NCBI RefSeq assembly: GCF_902652985.1
Contig: NC_047016.1
Span: forward strand, 26,412,001-26,476,000
DNA from: Pecten maximus
Taxonomy: Eukaryota
Direction of reading: 5' to 3'
Length of the DNA stretch: 64,000 nucleotides
This document shows positions 52,563 through 64,000 of this stretch, piece by piece (positions within the stretch are counted from its first letter, which is position 1; each line of letters begins with the position of its first letter). The notes below the pieces were generated by a model. It saw only the letters and a program-made list of their open reading frames with translations, was not told the origin of the DNA and made no database searches. A program made the position numbers and the translations under genes.

Positions 52563-54179
52563 ACCTTTTACTTGGGGGAAAAGTGCATGTTCACTCTCAA
52601 ATCTGAATATTGCTAATATTTAAAATTATTGTTTAAACTGTCGGATTCGTTTTAATGTCGAATATGACTTCGTTATAACTGTATGATATCCAAACATAAT
52701 ATGTGTTTATATTTGTACAGCTCATCTCCATAAAGAAAGTTGTGATTCTATTTCCGTATTCTGTTTTTATTGTATCTTATAACGACATCATCTAAACTCT
52801 CTTCCGAATTCTTCGGTCAATTCCGCTGCATACTGGCCGAGTTGTGAGGAGTTGTCAAGAAAATACACATGAAGCCGTCGTGATCATAGGAACATTTTTT
52901 TCTCCAAATCAAAACTTTTTGGCAATAAATATCTTTTTCTGTGCTTTTACTTGAAGTACATGTATGTTTAAGCCAAATACCATGAACTGATGTATCCATC
53001 GATAGAGAATTGTCTGCAAAACATCCACTAACGCAAACAACAGAGTTCAAACTCAACATTAACGTAGTGAGCTGTATACCTTTACAAGTGATCAACTGGT
53101 TCACTTCAGCATCCACAACACCTCCGTTTTACAGTGTTTGCAAAGTGTGAGACAGTTTATGTATTTTATTCGTAAGCGAAGTATTGAATGACGTTTCTCC
53201 TTTTATATATAGAACTGACGTCTAGTTTAATATCGATGTACTTTTTGCAAAGCAAGGCAGACAGAGAAAGAAGCATAGAGTAAATAGTTAAAAGACGAAG
53301 CAGGGAGGGAGTCCCCAATACACAAACAAATAAATAACAAGGATCCTCGACTACCGAGTTCCCTAACTCATTAAATGAAGGACATTCCTAATAAATTGTA
53401 AAATTACAAACACGAAATGTTTTTGAGAAAAGATTAATTTTTAAAAATTGTAAAACCCAACAGATATAAAATTTTGAATTTTAAATAGTTAAAAGGGGAA
53501 CAATTACATTGTTATAGAGTAATCCAAATATAATAGTGGGTTTTGGTACAGGTTTTTTAATTTTTACTAATAGAAATTAACATTTCATAGCAGGACGTCA
53601 ACCAATGTGTGTATCCGTATCACAAAAGAAATCCCAAAACGGTATTTCGGCGAACAACAATTTATGAAAGTAATTAACAGTTCAAGAAAATAAACAAAAC
53701 CAAAATGTAACCGGCGGAATGAAAAGAAACTTCTAAAGCAGCTAAAAGAACTTGTCCGCTCCAAACAGGGTATTCACCCGGAGAAACAATCATCCCCCTT
53801 TTAAAAATTTCAAAAAGGGACACTGTCATTAATAAACTAGGCCTCAGGAAAATAAACCGGCAAACCCATTGATATAAGAAACGGCTGGGGAATATTTTAG
53901 GAAAAACATTTGATCCATTCTTTGATCTCGAGACACATTAAATGAAAGAACATAGAAATATGAACAATAAAACACGGGGCCATTGTTGGCAATACCGGGT
54001 GACAAGGGAACCCCGGATAATTCTTTTTAAAAATTGCATGAAAAAGGTTTGGTGGCCCGGGGCAAAAAGGTTTCTCCCAATTCACTGGGAAGTCATACGC
54101 GTGAAAGGACACGGTTGTAACTACCAAATAAAACACTCTACGAACGAACAAATAAAACCCTACCCTTTCATATAACATT

Positions 54180-57100
54180 ACAAACACTCTGTTTTACATA
54201 AATCCTAATAACCCCAACTATACTAACTTTTAACACTCCAAAATTTACACACCCTTTCAAAAAACCCTTATAAGACATTAAAACCCTTTTCTATCTTTAC
54301 CACTCCATTGGACAATTCAACACCCTTTCTACTTGCTCATACAAATCACAAACCTTCACGGACCACTGAATAGAAAATTTAAACCCAAAAACACAGCTTT
54401 CAATTTTAATAAGCATTAACAAAACCACAAAAATAAATAAGAACAAACCTTTGCCACTCCCCATTCAAATAACACAGTGAGACTTCCCCTCCATACATGA
54501 ACACTTTATAATTTCAAAATTCAACCTTTAACGAACAAATTACACCCTTTCTAACCACTCCATCACAATTAAAAAACCCTTTCAAACCATACATAAACAA
54601 ATCACCCCACCCTTCACCAACCCATTACAAACACAACCCTTAACACTAAATAAAAACCATTTTATTTTCAAACACACCCTTTTACATCATAACATACACC
54701 CACGTTAACCCTTACAATTCAAACAAAACCCTTCTACCACTCTAAACAAATGCACACACCCTTTCTACCACTCCATAAAAAAAATACACACCCGGTCTAA
54801 CCATACAAAACACACCCTTTCTAACACTCCATAACAAATAAAACCCTTTCTCCCAAACTCATAACAAATTACAAAACCCTTCACACACCCATAACAAATA
54901 CACACACCCTTCTACACTCCTTTAAAATCAACACCCCCTTCCAACTCCATAAACAAATACAACATCCTTCAAACACTCCATACAAATTACAAAACCCTTT
55001 CTACCCACTCCATACCAAATTTACAACACCCTTCTAACCAACCATAACAAATCACAAACCCCTTCTACCACTCCATACAAAATCACACCCGTTTCAAAAC
55101 AACTCCATAACAAATCAAAAACACCCTTTCTAACACTCCATAACAAACACACCCTTTCTACACTCCATTCAAAAACAACCCTTTCCTACCACTCCATACA
55201 AATACAAAACCTTTCTAATTCCCACATAACAAATTACAACACCCTTTCTACCCACTCCATAAAAAATAAATACCCTTTCAACACTCCATACAAATCACAC
55301 AAACCCTTTCTAACACTCCATAACAAATCCAACCTTTACACCCACCACACCCCTTTCTACACTCCTTTACAAAAATCAAAAACAGAAAACACCACCCTTC
55401 AACACTCCTTACAAATTAACACCTTTTCAAACCACCCCAATAACAAATTACACACCCTTTCTACCACCTTTAACAAAATACACCCTTTACATACACAACC
55501 CTTCTACCACTCCGAAAATTACAAACCAAACCCTTTCTACCCATTCCATAACAATTACACACCCCTTTCTACCACTCCATACAAACACAACCCTTTCTAA
55601 CCCAATAACAAACAACACAAAACCCTTCAACACTCCATAACAAAACCAACCCTTCTACCACTCCATTACAAATCACACACCCTTTCTTACACTCCTTAAA
55701 CAATCCCCCCTTTCAAAACCACCCTTTAACAAATACAACCTTCTCCCCACCCTTAAACAAAATACACACCCTTCCTCCCCCAACAATTCAAAACCTTTCA
55801 CCACTCCATAACAAAAACAAACACCCTTCTACCACCAAAACAATCAACATACCCTTTCTAACACTCCATAACAAATCAAAAACACCCTTCAAACTCAACA
55901 AATAAAACACCCTTTCTACCACTCCATAAAAATCCACAACCCTTCTAACACTCATAACAAATACAAAACCCTTTCTTTTCTAACCACTCTTTAACAAAAA
56001 CAAACCCTTTCACCACCATACAATTACAAACCCTTTCTACCACTCCATAACAAATTACAAACTTTCTACCACCCATAACAAATCCACCACCCTTTCTATT
56101 CTACCACCAAATAACAAATACAAACCCTTCTACCAACCATAACAAATAAACCCTTCTCCCACTCCATTAAATCACAACCTTTCTACCACTCCATAACAAA
56201 TAAACACACCCTTCTAACCCCCCAAACAAATACAACCCTTTCTAACAACTCCATAAAAATACACCACCCTTTCTACCACCCATAAAAAATCCATACTACA
56301 CACCCTTCTACCCCTCCATTACAAATCAACAACCCTTCTACCACTCCATACAAATAACAAAACCCCTTTTTAAACACTCCATAACAAATTAAACACCCTT
56401 TCCACACATTCAAACACACACCCCCTTTCCCTAACCAATTTACAAACACAATCAAACAAAGTTCTAACTCCAAATTACAAATCCCCACCCTTTCTTAACC
56501 ACTCCATACAAACCCAACACCCTTTTACCACCCCATTACAAATACACACCCCTTTCTACCACCATAACAAATACACACCCTTTCTAAACCAACTCCATAA
56601 CAATTACAACCTTTCTCTCAAAAAACCACTCACAATCAACCCAAAAACACCCTTTCTTTTACCACTCATTACAAATCAAACCCTTTCTAAAAACTCCATA
56701 CAAATCCCACCCCTTCTACATCCATAACAAATAACAACCCTTCTACCACCAAAACCCAATCACAACACCCTTCTACCAATCATAAACAAATCACACAACC
56801 CTTTCAAAACACCAAAAAAACAAAACACACCCCTTTTTCTACACTCCATACAAATAAAAACACCCTTCACCACCCCATTAAAATAACAACCTTCTAACTC
56901 ATAAAATCAACCCCTTTCTCACCCATAACAAATTACAAAAAACACCTTCTACCACTCATAACAAATACAACAACCCTTTCTACACTCCATTAACAATCAC
57001 ACCCTCTTTCTAACACCCTTTAACAATCCACCCTTTTCCCTTTACACTCCATAACAAATAAACAACCTTTCTAATCCCATAAAATTACAACCCTTTCTAC

Positions 57101-60100
57101 CACCAAAATAACAAACACACACCCTTTCACCAACACAAATAACACCTCACCCCATAACAAAAAACCCCCTTTCACTTCTACACCATTACAACACACAACC
57201 CTTCTAAACTCCATTAAAAAACACATCCCCTTTCTACCACTCCATAAAAAAATTACACCCCCCTTTTTAACAATCCAAAACAAATCAACACCTTCTCACC
57301 CCAAAACAAATCACACACCCTTTCCTACACACTCCATAACAAATACCACCCTTTCTACCATTTCCATTACAATCACAACACCCTTCTTTCTACCACTCCT
57401 TTACAAATTCCCAAACCTTCTACCTCATAACAATACAACCCTTTCCACTCCATAAAAAATTACATACACACCCTTCTACCACCCATAACAAATTACACCC
57501 CTTTCTACCACTCCTTAAAAATTCCCCAACACTTCACCACCCACAATCAAATAACACCCTTTCACCACTCCATCAAATACAACCCTTTCTACCACCCATA
57601 CAAATCACACACCCTTTCTAACACTCCTAACAAATAAAATACCCCTTTACCCCTAAATACAAACAACTTCTACCATTAAAACAAATCAAACCCTTTCAAA
57701 CCCTACCATCAAAACAACCCTTCTACCACTCCAACAAATACACACCCCTTCTACCCACTCCATAACAAATTCAAACACCCTTTTCACCACGCATAACAAA
57801 TACACACACCCTTGTCACCAAAAAATACAAATCAAAACAAAACCCTTTCTACCATCCTAAAAAAAACACCCTTTCTATCACACCCATTACAAATCAACAC
57901 CCTTGTCCCCACTCATTACAAATACAACACACCCGTTCTAACCACCCTCCATAACAAACCACCCCTTTCTACCACCATACAAATACCACCCTATTCCTAC
58001 CACTCCAACAAATCACAAACACCCTTTCTACCACAATCAAACAAAATACACAACCTTCTCTCCACCATTACATTACAACACCCTTTCTACCAACATCCAT
58101 AACAAATTACAACCCTTCTTTCACCACCCCATTACAAATCACACACCCTTCTACCACCCTATACAAACACAACCCTTCTCACCACTATAAAAACACAACC
58201 TTCAAACATCCATAACAAATTAAAACAACCCTTTCTACCACTCCATACAAATCACAACCCTTCTACCACTCCATAACAAATACACAACCCTTCTACACCC
58301 CATACAAATCAAAACCCCTTTCTAACCCACTCCATAACAAATCAACAACAACCCTTTCTTCTACCACACCCTATAACAAATACACACCCTTCTACCACTC
58401 CAACAAACCACCCCCTTTCAACCACACCCCATTACAAATTACAACACCTTTCGACCACTCCAAACAAATACAACCCTTTTACCCCCTTTTTCTACACTCC
58501 ATTACAAATCACAACCCTTTCCCCAAATCAAAAAATCACAACCCTTTCTAACCACTCCCGACAAATCCCACAACCCTTTCTAACCACCCATAAAAAAATC
58601 ACATCCCTTTCTACACTCCAAATAACAAATAACCACCTTTCTAACCACTCCATAACAATAAAACCCTTCCCTAACCACTCTTACAAATCACAACCCTTCT
58701 ACCACTCCATAAACAAATTAAAACACCCTTCTAATCAAAATCCCCCACCTTTCTAACATATAAAAACAACCCTTTTACCCCCAAACAATCCCAACACCTT
58801 CCTACCACTCCATAACAAATCACAACACCCTTTCACCCGCAATTAAAAATACAACCCCTTTCAAACCAATTTCATAAAAAATCACACGAAACCCTCCCTT
58901 TCTACCACTCCATTACAAATCACACACCCTTTCCCCAAACCCCATACAAATACACACCCTTTCTTACCACTCCAACAACTTACAAAACACAACCCTTTCT
59001 ATCTACCACTCCATAACAAATACATCCCCCCTTTCACCCCCATAACAAATTCCAAACACTTTCTACCACTCCTTAACAAATACACCCCCAAACTATTCTA
59101 TCCCCCCCCCCCTTTCACCAATTCCCAATACCCTTTCCTCTACCAACCCACCAAATTACACCACCCTTTCTACCATTTCCATTACAAATCAACCCCCTTT
59201 CCACCACTCCATTACAATCACACCACCCTTTCACCATCTTCTCACAACCCTTCACCACCAAAACAAAATCACACACCTTTTCTCCACTATCCATCAAAAC
59301 CCCCTTTCAACCACTCCATTTACAAATACACACACCCTTCTACCACTCCATCACAACCATCTCATACAACCACCAAAAACACCCTATTTCTACCACTCCC
59401 ATAAAAATTACCCCAACCCTTTATCTACCACTCCTTTAAAACCAACAAACACCCTTTTCTAACCACTCCAAACAATCACACCACCCTTTGCCTACCCCCC
59501 CATTACAAATAACACCCCTTCACCCCCCTCCATACAAACCCAAACACCCTTTCTACACTCCAACAAATCACACACCCCTTTCCCCTTTCTACCACTCCTT
59601 TAACAAACCCAAAACCCACCCACATAAACCCAAAACAATAAAAAAACCCCTTTCCTCAAACCACCCAAAAAACAAAAAACAAAACGCCTTCACCAAAACA
59701 TAACAAAAAAACACCACACTCTAACCACGCATAAAAAATCACAACCCAACCCTTCCTAATACCCCTTCATAACCAACAAAACTTCACCCCACAACCCCAC
59801 CCAAACACCCGTTTAACCCACCAGAAAATCAACACACCCCCCCCCCAAACAAAACCCCCAAACACCCCATTACAAACAAACCTCTTCAACCCACTCCAGA
59901 CAAATACATCCCACCCGACCCCCAAACCAAAAACTCACCCCCTAGCAACACATACACCAATCCAAAACCGTTTCTAATCTAACCACCCCAGGGTAAAACA
60001 ACCCCCCAACACCATAACAAAACCACCGCTACCACCATCACAAATCACAACCCTTCAACACCCAAACAAAAAACCCCCCAAAATCCAAAAAAACAAAGCA

Positions 60101-63100
60101 CACACCCACCATCCAGACAAACCGTCAAAACACACACCACCCCATAACAAATCACACACCTTTAAAACCCACCCATAAAAATAACACCCCTCTCCACTAT
60201 TAAAACACCACCCATAACCCCAAAACCTCCAAAACAAATCCAAAAAAGACCGAAATTTCACACTCCAAAACAAACCCACCCCCTAACACTCCAAACATAA
60301 CACCCTTGTCTATTAGACACCTCCATCAAAAAACCACACCCTAAAATCACCCAAAGAAACCCCAACCCCTAACCACCCATTAAATCACAACCCCAACCGA
60401 CCATAACAATCACAACCCCCTTTTCAAACCACCCTACAAACCCAAACACCCAATTTCTCCCACCAAACAAATACAACCACCTTTCTACCACTCATAACAA
60501 ATAAAAACACCCTTTCTAACCACTCCATAAATCACAAACCTTTCAAATCCTACCACCTAACAAATAAAAACCCCCTTCTACCAAATCATACAAATCACAC
60601 ACCATTTCTACACACCCATAAAAATACAACAAACCCTTCTACACTCCATTACAAATACACACCCTTTCTACCACTCCATAACAAATCACAATACCCCCTT
60701 TTTAACCACTCATAACAAATAAAACACCCTTCAACAATTTACAATACCCCCCTTCTAACCGCAATACAAATTACAAACACCTTTCTAAACATACAAAAAT
60801 CAAAACACCTTTCTTTCCACCATACCAAACCACCCCCAACCTTCTACCACTCAAAAACAAATACACACCCTTTCTACCACCCCCTAACAACACAACCAAC
60901 CTTTCTAACCACTCCATTAACAAATAAAAACACCCTTTCTCTAATACCAAATCAACACACTTTCTACCACCCCAATAAAAAATACACACCTTTCTACACT
61001 TCCATAACAATCACACAACCCTTTTCTAATTCTACCACTCCATACAAATCACACATACCCAAAAAATTACAAAAACCCTTCTTCACCACTCCATACAAAA
61101 CAACAACCCTTTCTACCACTCCATAACAAATAAAACACCCTTTCTATCTACCAACTCCATAACAAATACAACACCTTCAAACCACTCATAACAAATAAAA
61201 CCCCTTTTCTACAATACCTAATAACAAATAACAAAACAACACCCTTCACCCCAAAATAACAATTACAAAAACCCTTTCTACCACTCCATTAACAAATACA
61301 AAACACCCTTTCTACCACTCCATTAACAAATACAACCCCTTTTACCACTCCATAAAAAATCACACACCCTTTCTTCTCCACTCAAACAAATTCCCACACA
61401 CCCTTTCTACACCCATAAAAAATTTCACACACCCTTTTCCACACTCCATACAAATTACACATACCCTTTTCCACCAAAACAATTCCAAACCTTTCACCAC
61501 TCCATAAAAAATTTACAACACCCTTTCTCCACTCCTTTAACAAATCACAAAACCTTTTTTACCACTCCATAACAATACAACCCACACTTCACACTCCATA
61601 AAAATACAACCTTTCTACCACTCCATAAACAAATTAACAATTCAAACCATAAAACAAAACCCTTTACCACTCCATAACAAATTACAAACCCTTTCCTAAC
61701 CCCCAATAAAGCAAATACAACACCCTTTTATTACCACTCATACAAATCACACACCCTTCTATCACCCCCTTTACAAACAAACAACCCTTCCTACCACTCC
61801 AACAAATCACAACCCTTTCTTCAAATAACAAAAACCCTTCTAAACCCCCCAAAAAAATCAACCCTTTCATTAACACCCCAATCAATTACAAATCACACAC
61901 CCTTTCTACCACTCCATTACAAATCACACACCCTTTCTACCACTCCATTACAAATTACACACCCTTTCTACCACTCCATAACAAATCACACACCCTTTCT
62001 ACCACTCCATTACAAATCACACACCCTTTCTACCACTCCATTAACAAATCACACACCCTTTCTACCACTCCATTACAAATCACACACCCTTTCTACCACT
62101 CCATAACAAATTTAACACCCTTTCTTCACCACTAATACAAATTACACAAACCCTTTCAAACCAACCATTCTCCATAAAAATACACACCCCCTTTCTCCCA
62201 CTCCATTACAAATTAAACCCTTTCTACCACTCCTTTAAAAAACAACACCCCTTTCTAACCCCCCCTTCCCACTGATAACAAATACACACCCTTTCTCCCC
62301 AAACTCCATAAAAAATTCACACACCCTTTCTACCACCCCCTTAACAAATTTACACACCTTTCTACCACTCCTTTAACAATTACCACCCTTTCTCCACTCC
62401 ATAAAATTTAAATCACACCACCCTTTCTACCACTCCATACAAATTACACCAAACACCCCTTTCTACCACTCCATAACAAATTCACCCCTTTCTACCACTC
62501 CATATAACAAATTAAAACCCCCTTTTCTAAACTCTAACATAAACCCTTTCTACCCTCATACACAATAACCAACCATCACAACCCCTTTTACCACTCCATA
62601 ACAAATCACACACACCCTTTTTCTCCTCCCTACCCCAAAAAAATTCACACCCTTTCTACCACTCCATAAAAAATCACACCCCCCTTTCTAACCACTCCAT
62701 ACAAATCACACACCCTTTCCTACACCTCCTAACAAACAACCTTTCTACATCCATACCAAATCACAAATAACACACCCTTTCTCCACACTCCATAACAAAT
62801 ACCACACCCTTTCTACCACTCCATTACAAAATCACACCCTTTCTAACCACTCCATAACAAATCAACACCCTTTCCTCCCACTCCATAACAAATTACACAC
62901 CTTTTCTACCACTCATAACAAATCACACACCCTTTCTTTACTCACTCCATACAAATTACACACCCTTCTACCACTCCATTACAATCACATACCTTTCTAC
63001 ACACTCCATAACAAATTCACCAACCCAAACAACCACACCCTTTTCTACCACTCCATAACAAATTCCACACACCCTTCTACCACTCCATACAAATCAACAC

Positions 63101-64000
63101 ACACCCTTTCCATAACACAACAACCCTTCACCACTACCATAACAAATCACACCCTTTCCTACCACTCCATACAAAACAACCCCCTTTCTACCCTTTCTAC
63201 CACTCCATAACAAATCACACACCCTTTCTACCACTCCATTACAAATCACACACCCTTTCTACCACTCCATTACAAATCACACACCCTTTCTACCACTCCA
63301 TAACAAATCACACACCCTTTCTACCACTCCATAACAAATCACACACCCTTTCTACCAATCCATAACAAATCACACACCCTTTCTACCACTCCATAACAAA
63401 TTACACACCCTTTCTACCACTCCATTACAAATCACACACCCTTTCTACCACTCCATTACAAATTACATACCTTCCTCCCACTCCTTTAGAAATACACACA
63501 CCCTTTCTCCATTTCATAACAATTACACACCCTTCTACCACTTCCATAAAACACACCCTTTCTAACCCCATTACAATTACACACACCTTCTAACCACTCC
63601 ATACAATCACACCCCTTTCCACCACTCCATAACAATTACAACCCTTTCTACCACTCCAAAAATCACACCACACCCCTTCTACCACTCCATAACAAATACA
63701 CCCTTTCTACCACTCCATAACAAATTACACACCCTTTACATCAAAACAAATACACAACCCTTTCTCCCAAATCCACAATAAATCACACACCCTTTCTACC
63801 ACTCCATTACAAATCACACACCCTTTCTACCACTCCATAACAAATCACACACCCTTTCTACCACTCCATAACAATCACACAACCTTCTAACCACCCATAA
63901 CAAAAGAAACCCTTCTATCTACCATCCTAAAAAAAACACACCCCTTTCTACCACTCCCATAAAAATCACACACACGACCTTCCATTACAACACACCCCTA
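54180..64000. repeat. 31-bp satellite DNA array (~9.8 kb, roughly 300 copies, runs off the window end)
   Basis: The unit ACCACTCCAT(T/A)ACAAAT(C/T)ACACACCCTTTCT is clean at ~61890-62110 and ~63195-63465. Elsewhere the same unit carries many small indels. The + strand is nearly G-free. Confidence 0.96.

Noticed and set aside
56273-61885. ORFs inside the 31-bp satellite
   Set aside because: Low-complexity translations of noisy satellite sequence.
54180-64000. Telomere
   Set aside because: The unit is 31 bp and contains no (TTAGGG)n or similar short telomeric repeat.

Overview
This is AT-rich eukaryotic (animal) genomic DNA, not prokaryotic: there are no operons, rRNA/tRNA genes or CRISPR arrays, and almost all ORFs in the supplied track look spurious. 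A V-domain SINE remnant and the repeat landscape tentatively suggest a marine invertebrate such as a bivalve mollusc. One spliced gene on the + strand spans most of the window. Its exons are a signal-peptide exon (1195-1245), a 4-Cys follistatin-N-like exon (50113-50272) after a ~48.9-kb first intron, and a terminal exon (50560-51293). The terminal exon encodes a BPTI/Kunitz domain with Gly at P1, a 75-aa tract that is 64% Lys/Arg, and an acidic tail. The predicted protein is 314 aa and all splice phases are compatible. The intron holds four minisatellites (27-29, 44-45, 38 and 30 bp units) and repeat remnants. The last ~9.8 kb is a 31-bp C/A-rich satellite that is largely indel-noisy. Best leads: (1) recursive-splicing signatures, namely a mid-intron TAG|GTAAGT site and an exon 2 that starts with GTGAGT, whose skipping would switch exon 3 to an open alternative frame; (2) the unusual secreted FOLN-like/Gly-P1 Kunitz/polybasic architecture; (3) a minisatellite that multimerises perfect DR4 nuclear-receptor elements. 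All of these are sequence-based predictions; no database search was run.
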